Assembly (NCBI GenBank): GCA_965204535.1
Contig: OZ241996.1
Coordinates: 512,001 to 576,000 of the forward strand
Length of the DNA stretch: 64,000 nt
Source of the DNA: a bacterium
Lineage (GTDB): Bacteria > UBA8248
Reading direction: 5' to 3'
The notes under the pieces are model-generated. The model had not been told where the DNA came from. It made no database searches and was given only the letters and a program-made list of their open reading frames with translations. This document shows positions 47,161-55,798 of the stretch, piece by piece. Within the stretch, counting starts at the first letter, position 1, and each line of letters opens with the position of its first letter. Made by a program: the position numbers and the translations under genes.

Positions 47161-48330
47161 TCAGAGAATATCCTCCGCGATGCTCTCCGCGACCCGCCCG
47201 GCCGCCTCCTGGGCCGAGTCGCGCGCGAGGTGCGCGTAGCGCGCCGTCGTCTCCATCTTGCTGTGGCCCAGGAGCTTCCCGATCACGGGGAGCGCCTCGC
47301 CGAGCGCAAGCGCCCGCGAGGCCCAGGAGTGGCGCAGGTCATGGATCCGCACGCCTTCGAGACCCGCGCGCTCCCTTATCGTTCGCCAGGCCTCGTCGAC
47401 GTTCCTCAAGGGCGTCCCCGGCTTCCTCCCCGGTATGACCCAGGGGCCGTCGTGGGCGCTCAGGAGACTCGCGAGGAGCTCGACCGCCTGCGGCGGGAGC
47501 GGGACCGCCCGCGCGCCCGTCTTGGAATCGGGCAGCCTGAGTTCGGCCGCTTCGAGCGCCACATCCTCGCGGCGCAGCCCGAGCACCTCGCTCCTGCGGC
47601 ACCCGGTAAGCGCCAGGAGCCGGATGGCGGCCACCGCGGACGCGGACGCGCCGCCCCGGGCCTCCGCCTCCTCGAGCGCCTCTCCCAGGCGGGTGAACTC
47701 CGAATCCGTCAGGAACCGCTCGCGCCTGCGCTCGGGGTATTTGACGAGAGCCTTGCAGGGATTCGGGGTTCCCTCGGGAACCATTCCCCAGCCCGCGGCC
47801 AGGCGGTACATCGAGGAGAGGATGCGGAGCGCCGTGTTCGCCACCGCGGGCGTCTCGTAGAGGCTCTCGTGGAATTCCGCCACCTGCGCGCGAGAGAGCG
47901 CGGCCAGCGGCAGCCTGCCCAGGGCGGGCAGGACGTGGCGGTCGATTACCGATCGGTAGAGCGCGGCGGTGCCCGGCCTGCAGCGCACCGCGACGTATTC
48001 CGTGAGATAGCGCGCGCACACCTCATTCACCGTGGGGCCTCCCGCCGGCTTCATCGGCTCGGGAACCGCCTCCTCGCCCGCCTTGATACGCGCGATGATG
48101 TGGGCGGCGCGTTTTCTCGCCTCGTCGGCGTTGATCACCCCGTGGCGGCCCACGGCCACGCGTTTGGGACCCTCGGGCCCCCGCGCCTGGGCGACGTAGA
48201 CCTTGCTCCCGGTGGGATAGACCCTCACGCCGAAGCCCGTGAGCTCCCGGTCCCAGTACACCGTGTCCTTCTCCACTTTCAATTTTGCGACCGCGCGGTT
48301 CGACAGCGTTTTCATGACGGGCTGTTTCAT
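47161..48330 (-). CDS. Tyrosine recombinase/integrase with N-terminal arm-binding domain, copy 2
   Basis: WDRELTGFGVRV, TGCRRSE, DSKTG, HDLRH, LGH, RYAH. Confidence 0.93.
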   Translation of the reverse strand: MKQPVMKTLSNRAVAKLKVEKDTVYWDRELTGFGVRVYPTGSKVYVAQARGPEGPKRVAVGRHGVINADEARKRAAHIIARIKAGEEAVPEPMKPAGGPTVNEVCARYLTEYVAVRCRPGTAALYRSVIDRHVLPALGRLPLAALSRAQVAEFHESLYETPAVANTALRILSSMYRLAAGWGMVPEGTPNPCKALVKYPERRRERFLTDSEFTRLGEALEEAEARGGASASAVAAIRLLALTGCRRSEVLGLRREDVALEAAELRLPDSKTGARAVPLPPQAVELLASLLSAHDGPWVIPGRKPGTPLRNVDEAWRTIRERAGLEGVRIHDLRHSWASRALALGEALPVIGKLLGHSKMETTARYAHLARDSAQEAAGRVAESIAEDIL

Positions 48331-49511
48331 CCGTGCTCAACCCTCCCGTTGGCGACGTGGGCGCCGATGTTCCCGCCCACCCGCACCGCCGCCTCCCTCT
48401 CGGCCTCGCGCATCAGGTGCGCGTAGCGCGCGCTCGTCGCCACGCTCGTGTGGCCGAGGAGTTTCCCGATCGTGTAGAGGCTCTCGCCCAGCGCCAGCGC
48501 CCTCGACGCGTAGGAATGCCTGAGGTCGTGAAGCCTTACGTCTGCGAGCCCCGCCCGCTCCCTTACGGGCCGCCAGTAGTGGTGCAGGCCCGTGAGGCGT
48601 TTTCCCGGCCTTTGGCCCGCGATCACCCAGGGGTTCTCCCCGGAGCGGGGGATGGCGTCCAGTATCCTGAGTACGGGCCTGGTCAGGGGGACCATCCGGG
48701 GACCCGCCTTGGCGTCCCTGAGTCTCAGGTCCCCAGCCGTGCGGTCCACGTCGTCCCACCCGAGATTCAATATCTCGCCCCTGCGGCACCCGGTAAGTGC
48801 GAGCAGCCGGATGGCCGCGATAGCGGGCGGCCATACCCCGCCCTCCGCCTCGGCTTGCCTGAGCGCACGGCCCAGCCTCCGGTATTCCTCAGGCGTCAGG
48901 AACCGCTCGCGCGCCTGCGTCCTGTAGCGGCGCACGGCGAGGCAGGGGTTCCGCCCGGGCGGGACCAGCTCCCACGCTTCGGCAAGTACGAACATGCGCG
49001 AGAGCAGATGGACCGCCTGGTTCGCCAGGACCGGCGTATCGCGAAGGTCGTGATGGAGCGCCGTGACTTCCGCTCCGCCGATCTCGGTAAGCGCCGTCCC
49101 GCCCATGGCCGGCAGGATGTGTTTGTCGAGCACGGTGCGGTATGCGGCAACGCTGGCGGGCTTCAGGTGTTTCTCCACGTGGGTGCGCATGAAGCGTTCG
49201 GCGAGTCCCGCCACGGTGGTCTCCGCCCCGGGCGCCGCGGCGCTGAAATCCTCGCCGCGCTTGATGCGGTCGATAATGAGGGCGGCCTGTTTCCTGGCCT
49301 CATCGACGGCCAGCTCCCCGTGACGGCCGAGCGTCACGCGCCTGGGACCCCCGGGTCCCCGGGACTGCACCACCCAGGTCTTTCTGCCGGTGGCGTGGAC
49401 GCGCACCCCGAAGCCCGCCAGCTCCCGGTCCCAGAAGACGCCGTCCTTCCCGTCGGCCTCGAGCGCGTCGACGGTGCGCTTGGTGAGTTTCAGATCGCTT
49501 CGCTTCGGCAT
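48327..49511 (-). CDS. Tyrosine recombinase/integrase with N-terminal arm-binding domain, copy 1
   Basis: WDRELAGFGVRV, TGCRRGE, DAKAG, HDLRH, LGH, RYAH; GGAGG RBS; 4-nt overlap with copy 2. Confidence 0.93.
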   Translation of the reverse strand: MPKRSDLKLTKRTVDALEADGKDGVFWDRELAGFGVRVHATGRKTWVVQSRGPGGPRRVTLGRHGELAVDEARKQAALIIDRIKRGEDFSAAAPGAETTVAGLAERFMRTHVEKHLKPASVAAYRTVLDKHILPAMGGTALTEIGGAEVTALHHDLRDTPVLANQAVHLLSRMFVLAEAWELVPPGRNPCLAVRRYRTQARERFLTPEEYRRLGRALRQAEAEGGVWPPAIAAIRLLALTGCRRGEILNLGWDDVDRTAGDLRLRDAKAGPRMVPLTRPVLRILDAIPRSGENPWVIAGQRPGKRLTGLHHYWRPVRERAGLADVRLHDLRHSYASRALALGESLYTIGKLLGHTSVATSARYAHLMREAEREAAVRVGGNIGAHVANGRVEHG

Positions 49512-49708
49512 GTTCCCTCCTGAATCTGTAATCAAAACGCATACGTACGGCATCAAAGCGGGGGCTATTCGAGCATATATTTGGCGAAAGCGCAAGGGGT
49601 AGCTGGGTACGGAATAACAGAAAAATGGTATTATAAACAATCAGTTATCGTAGACAAGCGGAGCCAATCATACTATCGCGCCGACACCGGGTTCATGACA
49701 ATGATTAA

Positions 49709-49903
49709 TCGAATTTTACGGGAAATAGGATTATTTGCATTTTTATCGTCATTCCCGAATCCATGAGCATGATTTCTCTCCTCAAAACGATTTCCGTCCC
49801 TTCCTGAAGACGGTGCGTGGGCGGCGATTACCTCTTTTCTTCGCCGCGCGCACGATACCGCAGTCCGCCATGTCAGAGAGTACGGCAAATGCGGGGAAAT
49901 GCG
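49709..49903 (-). repeat. Region upstream of the recombinases, inverted homolog of 30274-30585
   Basis: Two aligned blocks, see the 30274 feature. Confidence 0.8.
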
Positions 49904-50259
49904 GTCTTGTCCGGTTTGATGGAAGTTGCAGGGGTGTCGAACTTCCCCGAGGAGGGGAAGTTCGAGAGTGGCCGCCCGCGCCGTTTTCCCGAGGAGGGGA
50001 TGAAGGTGCGGGTTTGCCCGTGGGCGTGAGAAGGTGAAAAGGGGATAATACGATAGGGGGATATGTTGTCCGTCCTTGATTGTGTTGATCCAATGTGGAC
50101 GACCTTTGCAGGGGCGGCTCGCGAGCCGCCCTCATCGTTTACAAATCGACCCGATACGGAAGCGGTTCTTGCCTGTCAACCAATGGGCAAAAAAGATATG
50201 TATGGGCGGGGCGACTGATGAACAGGTGCGGGCCAAAGCCGCCACGAAAGGGATTTGTA

Positions 50260-50757
50260 ATGTCGATGTCCTTTGGCTCCTGGGTGCGCCTGGTCTGCAC
50301 CGTCTGGATAGGGGTGATGGCCGGGTTCTTCTTCGCTTTCTCGTTCGTGGTCATGCCCGGACTTGGCGCGATGAAGCCGCTTGCCGCCCTGGCCTCCATG
50401 CAGGCTATCAATCTGGCCGTGAGAAACACCGTCTTCGCGCTCGGCTTTTTCGGCGCGTTGGTCCTTTGCATCGCCGCCTCGCTTCATGCGCTCCTGCGCC
50501 GCGACGCACCCGCATGCTGGTTCGCGCTGACCGCCGCCCTCGTTTACCTCTTGGGCGCCTTCGGTGTTACGAGTGTCTTCAACGTGCCCCTGAACGGCGA
50601 AATCGCGCCCCTGGACCCGGCCCGGCCCGAGAACGCCCAGGCGATGGTCTCCTACATCTCGGAATGGACGCTCTGGAACCACGTCCGCACCCTCGCGAGC
50701 CTCGCGGCGTTCGTTCTGCTCCTGTTGAGTCTGCGCTGCGGGCGAGGGGAGGGGTAG
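50260..50757 (+). CDS. DUF1772 / anthrone oxygenase family membrane protein
   Basis: AGFFFAFS..VMPGL, MQAIN, NVPLN, WNHVRT. Confidence 0.88.
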   Translation: MSMSFGSWVRLVCTVWIGVMAGFFFAFSFVVMPGLGAMKPLAALASMQAINLAVRNTVFALGFFGALVLCIAASLHALLRRDAPACWFALTAALVYLLGAFGVTSVFNVPLNGEIAPLDPARPENAQAMVSYISEWTLWNHVRTLASLAAFVLLLLSLRCGRGEG

Positions 50758-50788
50758 CGCTGTCCCTGCGGGGTGAATGGTATTCGAG

Positions 50789-51135
50789 CGTAGGGACAAC
50801 CCCCCGTGGTTGTCCCCTTTCGGAGCGGACACGATTAAAAGACAAGCCAGGACAGGCACAGGGGCCTGTCCCTGCTATCTCTAAGACGTAAATACCCGTC
50901 ATTCCGGCGCATGCCGGAATCCAGAACAGATGAATTTCTCGTCCGTCTAGATTCCGGCATGCGCCGGAATGACGATGCTGTATGGTGATTTCGATTGAAT
51001 CGGGTGGGATTGTCTTTGCAGGGGCGGCTCGCGAGCCGCCCCTACAGTTTCGCTTCTGGGAGTCGAGGGAGAATCGAAATCACCAGGGCAGACACATTCG
51101 AACTTTCCCTCCTCGGGAAAGTCCGACACCCCTAC
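50789..51135. repeat. Mosaic of GTAG REP-like and GTCATTCCGGC palindromes
   Basis: Same unit order (GTAGGGACAACC, GGACAGGCAC, GTCATTCCGG pair) as 55274-55512. Confidence 0.75.
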
Positions 51136-51162
51136 GAAGCATTTTCTGCAATCCACCAATCG

Positions 51163-51606
51163 CTACTTCTTGATCGACAGGAACTTGAGCACCACGCCGT
51201 CGGGGTCTTTGCAGAAGAAGATTTTTGAGCCCTGGATGGGGCCGCTCGGCACCGTGGCGGGTTCCGGCGAACACATGGCGGTTCCCTGTGATTTGAGTTT
51301 CTCATAAAGCGCCTCCGCGTCGTCCACGACGAAGCCGATCTGCAGGCAGCCCGCGTTGTTGGGCGAAGTGTCCACAGCCGCTCCGGCAGCGCCCTTGTAC
51401 TCCATGAGTTCGAGGTGAAGCCCGTGGCCGCCCATGTGCACCACGCGGAGAATCGCGCCCGGAACGCCCGTCACCTGGGCCGAGAAATCCGGCGTGCGTT
51501 CCGAATCCGATTCCACCTCGAAGCCGAAATTCTCGGCGTACCATTTCGAAGATGCGTCCGCGTCCTTCACCGTCAGGGATACGTTATGAAAGCGTTGAAT
51601 ACTCAT
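51163..51606 (-). CDS. VOC/glyoxalase family protein
   Basis: HNVSLTVKD, LELMEY, FCKDPDG. Confidence 0.85.
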   Translation of the reverse strand: MSIQRFHNVSLTVKDADASSKWYAENFGFEVESDSERTPDFSAQVTGVPGAILRVVHMGGHGLHLELMEYKGAAGAAVDTSPNNAGCLQIGFVVDDAEALYEKLKSQGTAMCSPEPATVPSGPIQGSKIFFCKDPDGVVLKFLSIKK

Positions 51607-51711
51607 GGGTGCTGTCTCCTGTGATTCTAAAAAATGGCGCTCTTTTATATCTATTATCGCGCAAATGGCGTCAGGTTCCGTATAAATTCATCCCTTTATG
51701 CCGGTATAAAA

Positions 51712-52110
51712 CTATTCGGAAGTGTCTTTCGGCTTCAGGTCCAGCGATGCCGAGTTCATGCAGTATCGCAGGCCGGTGGGCAGCGGGCCGTCGGGGAACA
51801 CGTGGCCCAGGTGCGCGTCGCAGTTCGAACACACCACTTCCACGCGGCGCATCCAGAAGGAGTTGTCCTCCTTCTCGCCCACGTTTTCGGGCTTGAGCGG
51901 CTGGTAGAAGCTCGGCCAGCCCGTGCCCGAGTCGAACTTGGTTTTGGCGTCGAAAAGCTCCGTCCCGCAGCAAACGCACGCGTAGATGCCGTCATCGTGG
52001 CAGTCCCAGTATTTCCCGCTGAAGGCGCGCTCGGTGCCCGCCTTTCTGGTGACGTGGTACTGCTCGGGCGTGAGTTGCTCGCGCCACTCCGCATCCGTTT
52101 TCTCTATCAT
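51712..52110 (-). CDS. msrB: Peptide-methionine (R)-S-oxide reductase
   Basis: [33 protein letters not shown]. Confidence 0.96.
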   Translation of the reverse strand: MIEKTDAEWREQLTPEQYHVTRKAGTERAFSGKYWDCHDDGIYACVCCGTELFDAKTKFDSGTGWPSFYQPLKPENVGEKEDNSFWMRRVEVVCSNCDAHLGHVFPDGPLPTGLRYCMNSASLDLKPKDTSE

Positions 52111-52203
52111 GTCGAATCTCCTTCTCGCTTTCCGGTTCGCTACACGGATAGAATCCTCAAAAACCGCGCGAATGACAAGAGGCAGTTTGTTGCTCCCATT
52201 TCC

Positions 52204-53379
52204 TCACAGGTGGGGCAGGGCCTTCAGGACGTTCACCTGGTTCGTGTTGCCCATGTGATAAAGCTGAATCGCGTCGCGGTAGACTTTCTCGACCGGCGCG
52301 TCCCTCATCACGCCCACCCCGCCCCAGACCTCCACCGCCTTCGTCGCCAGGTAGTTCAGCGTCTCGACGGCGAGCACCTTGGTCGCCCGGGCGAGTTTCT
52401 GATCGTTCACTCCCTCGTCGATGCTCCATGCGGCGCGCCAGAGCAGCGTTCTCGAGGCTTCCAGGCGGGTGAACATCTCGAGCAGGAGCGCGCCGATCAA
52501 GTCGTGCTCGATGATGGGTTTACCGCCCTGGACGCGCTCGCGCGCGTAGGAGAGCGCCAGATCGTAGGCGCGCCGGGCGATGCCCAAGGAGGTGGCCGTC
52601 GCCTCCACGGTGCCGACGTTGGTCACGCTCCTCCGGCCCTCCTGGAACCTGTCCTCCTCGCCCAGGCGGTCTTCCACGGGGACCCGCACGCCGCGGAAGA
52701 TGAGGTCGTGCTGGGGGTAGCACCTGAGCCCCACCTTATCGTGCAGCCTGCCGACCTCGAAGCCATCGTGCGGCGGAAAGATCATGAACCCCGTCGTGCC
52801 CTTCGTCCACGGGACGCTCCTGTCCGTCCGGGCGAAGGCGGTGACGTATTTCGCCTGCGCGCCCATGGCGATGAACTGCTTCACCCCATTCAAGACGTAA
52901 GAATCGCCGTCGCGCACCGCGCTGAGGGCGGGACCTGCGGCCGGGTCCGCGTCGAAGGGGAGCGCGTTGTCGCTGCCAGCATCGGGCTCCGTGATGGCGA
53001 TGCCGATGCAGTAGAGCGGATCTGCGAGGTAGTCGGGCACCACGCGCGCGAGTTGTTCGGGCGTCGCCACGGCGATCAAGCCCGCAATCGCCTTCCAGTT
53101 GTGGCTGTACACCTTGGAAACGGCGGGCGAGCCGACCGAGAGTTCCTCCACCACGACGCACTGGGTGAGCACGTCGGCCCCGTCGCCGCCGTGCGCCTCG
53201 GGCACGCCCAGGGAGTGGAAGCCGAGCGCGGCGCCCCGCTTCACCAGGTCGTAGGGGAATTTATCTTCTCCGTCAGGTCGGCGCTCCAGCTCTGCCACGA
53301 CGGGCAGCATCTCCTCCATCGCGAATTCCCGCGCGAGAAGCTGCAGGCTTTTTTGTTCTTCGGTCAGTTCGAAATCCAT
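52204..53379 (-). CDS. Acyl-CoA dehydrogenase family protein
   Basis: ITEPDAGSD, LNGVKQFI, RVQGGKPI, YRDA. Confidence 0.92.
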   Translation of the reverse strand: MDFELTEEQKSLQLLAREFAMEEMLPVVAELERRPDGEDKFPYDLVKRGAALGFHSLGVPEAHGGDGADVLTQCVVVEELSVGSPAVSKVYSHNWKAIAGLIAVATPEQLARVVPDYLADPLYCIGIAITEPDAGSDNALPFDADPAAGPALSAVRDGDSYVLNGVKQFIAMGAQAKYVTAFARTDRSVPWTKGTTGFMIFPPHDGFEVGRLHDKVGLRCYPQHDLIFRGVRVPVEDRLGEEDRFQEGRRSVTNVGTVEATATSLGIARRAYDLALSYARERVQGGKPIIEHDLIGALLLEMFTRLEASRTLLWRAAWSIDEGVNDQKLARATKVLAVETLNYLATKAVEVWGGVGVMRDAPVEKVYRDAIQLYHMGNTNQVNVLKALPHL

Positions 53380-53474
53380 GCGGGTATCCTTATCGGTTTA
53401 TTTTTCCGGTGTTTAGTTGGATGAGAGGTTCCCTTTTTCTTCTTGATATGATGCCTCACTATCCATATCCCGAT

Positions 53475-53761
53475 GGGGCTGTTGAGAAAAGCCCCGTGGA
53501 GCGATTTTGGTTGAGCGTACGCTTTTGAAGTTCACTCCCCCCTTGAGGGGGAGTCGCAGAAGCCGAGCGTTTTTTGCGAAGGCTGATGCGGTGGGGGGTA
53601 AAATGCGTTTTATCGTCATTCCGGATTATACCCCCCACCGAATCGCTTGCGGGCTTACGCCCTTAGCTCTTCGACTCCCCCTCAAGGGGGGAGTGATTTT
53701 TCTCTCTCGTCGGTCGGTTACATACGACAAATTCAGAGTTCCGGGCCTTTTCAACAGCCCC
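53475..53761. mobile_element. MITE-like element with IS1182-type ends (uninterrupted relative of 4507-6337)
   Basis: GGGGCTGTTGAGAA ... TTTTCAACAGCCCC; ACTCCCCCTTGAGGGGGAGT hairpins. Confidence 0.8.
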
Positions 53762-53762
53762 C

Positions 53763-55031
53763 CTATGAACCGGCTTTCTCGCCGCAGATCGCGAGTGCCG
53801 CGGCGAGGTAGACTTTCGCCGCCGTCACGGCGTCTTCGACGAGCACGTGCTCGCCCACGGCGTGCATGAGTCCTTTCTCGGCGGCGTCGGGGTGCATCCG
53901 CCCGCCGGGGCCGTAGCAGATGCACGGGATGCCGTAGCGGTTGAAATGCGTGGAATCGGCCGCGGGCCGCCTGATGACGGGTTTCGATGCCTCTCCCGTC
54001 ACTTCCTCGTGCGCCGCAAGCGCAGCTTGTACGAGCGGGTCGTCCGGGTCGAGAAGGGTGGGCGGGTCGTTCACGTAGAAGGTGAGCGAGGCCCGCCCGG
54101 CTTCATCCGCCGCTTCATCGAGTACGCCGCGCAGTTCGCGCTTGATGTCCTCGGTGTTCTGGCCCGGCACGGTGCGGATGTCGAGATACAGGCTCGCCTC
54201 GGCCGGGTTTCTGGAAAGCCGCCAGGGCCAGCCGCCCCGGACGGCGGCTATCGTCACGTTGGGGTGCTCGCCCATGCAGGAGTGTCTCGATTCATATTCG
54301 GGTATCCAGCGCTCGACCGCGGCTTGAATCCTGTGGATCGCGCGCACGGCGTTCGTGACCCCCGGGCGGTTCGAGAAGACGCTGTGGCTTATCGTGCCGG
54401 TTGCGGTGATCTTCGCCCACACGACGCCCATGTTCGCGTTCGAGACCTTGAGCCCGGTCGGCTCGGCGAGGATGGCGCAATCCGCCGTCACGCCATGCAG
54501 GATGAGGTGCCGCGTGCCCGTCCCGTAGCCCGAGTAGGATTTACCCGAGAATTCATCAATCGGCGCTTTTTCAATCTCGCCCACCACGCCGGCCAGCGAG
54601 AGGTCCCCGCGCAGGGGGATATTTTCGCGGGAGATGGCCTCGACGGCCGCCAGCGCACCCGCAAGCCCGCTTTTCATGTTGTTGGCGCCGAGACCCCACA
54701 GCCAACCGTCCCGGTGGACGGCTCTGGGCTTGAAGCCCTCGCCGGTCAGGTAATCCTCATTCCCGTCATAAGAGGTGTCCATGTGGCCGGTGAACAGGAG
54801 GTTCATCCCGTCGCCCGCGCCCTCGCGCACGCCGACCGCGTTCGGCCTGCCGGGGTCGACTTCCTGAAGTTGCGTATTCAGCCCCGCGCCCGACATGCGC
54901 TTGACAAGATAGCGCGCCATCCCGGACTCCCCGCCCGTGGGGCTGGGGATGTCCACCATGTCGCTCAGGAGTTCGCGCACGGCGTCTTCGGTAACGTGGC
55001 GCGCGCAGCGCGCGAAATCGGGGTGCGGCAT
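53763..55031 (-). CDS. M20 family peptidase/deacylase (ArgE/DapE-like)
   Basis: IPSPTG.E, GHMDT, GLGANNMKSG, AEPT, YGPG. Confidence 0.88.
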   Translation of the reverse strand: MPHPDFARCARHVTEDAVRELLSDMVDIPSPTGGESGMARYLVKRMSGAGLNTQLQEVDPGRPNAVGVREGAGDGMNLLFTGHMDTSYDGNEDYLTGEGFKPRAVHRDGWLWGLGANNMKSGLAGALAAVEAISRENIPLRGDLSLAGVVGEIEKAPIDEFSGKSYSGYGTGTRHLILHGVTADCAILAEPTGLKVSNANMGVVWAKITATGTISHSVFSNRPGVTNAVRAIHRIQAAVERWIPEYESRHSCMGEHPNVTIAAVRGGWPWRLSRNPAEASLYLDIRTVPGQNTEDIKRELRGVLDEAADEAGRASLTFYVNDPPTLLDPDDPLVQAALAAHEEVTGEASKPVIRRPAADSTHFNRYGIPCICYGPGGRMHPDAAEKGLMHAVGEHVLVEDAVTAAKVYLAAALAICGEKAGS

Positions 55032-55218
55032 CGGTTTCTCTTGCTCCCTTCACCTGTCGGATGCTCCAGCGTATCATGGGCGGGCCGGTGTCCGGTATCT
55101 CCGTTCACATCCGGGTGCGCTTGTCTTTCGGCCGCATTCAGCCGGGTTTCCCCTCTCGAACGGCCGGGCGGACTGCAAGAAGAACGTGTCGGCCTGAACG
55201 GCTGGAGGCAACACTTGC

Positions 55219-55681
55219 GGAACTGTTGAAAAAACCCTCGTTTTAGCGATTCGGCGTATGGAGCCGGCCGTTTGTAGGGACAACCTAAAAGGGTTGTCTT
55301 GCCCCCTGTGGTTGTCCTTTGTAGAACAGGGCATCGGACAGGCACGGGGGCCTGTCCCTACAGTTCTTGCGATTTTGCTCGTCATTCCGGCGAAGGCCGG
55401 AATCCAGAGCCGACGAGGAAGGCAGCAGCGCCGGATAACCATAAAAACAACAAGATAAAAACGATAAAGCCAAAACCAAATTCCCTGGATTCCGGCGTGC
55501 GCCGGAATGACGGCGGGAGCAAACCTGTTGGAGAGGAAAAGTGGGTTCATCGGATGGCTCTGCGCAGGGCGCGATGGTTCTGTAGGGACAGGTCGCGACC
55601 TGTCCCTACGGTGAACAATTCGATGATTGGGACGCCCTCCCCTTTGAGGGTCGGGCTTCCCGAGGCTTTATCAACAACCCC
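55219..55681. mobile_element. MITE-like element with IS1182-type ends enclosing a REP mosaic
   Basis: GGAACTGTTGAAAAAAC ... TTTATCAACAACCCC. Confidence 0.65.
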
Positions 55682-55798
55682 TTGCGCCATGTCCAAGCTG
55701 GAGGGGAAAAGTCAGCAGGAAAACAGGATAGTCTTCATCGTCGTTGCGCTGTTTCCGGGGAAGCGGGTTGGTTGTTCGCCTGCAGGGAACTTCTTCGA

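Noticed and set aside
47161-49511. Prophage, integron or RIT element
   Set aside because: No phage genes, no recognisable IntI insertion or attC sites, and two rather than three recombinases
51634-53424. 596-aa plus-strand ORF
   Set aside because: Antisense shadow of msrB and the acyl-CoA dehydrogenase
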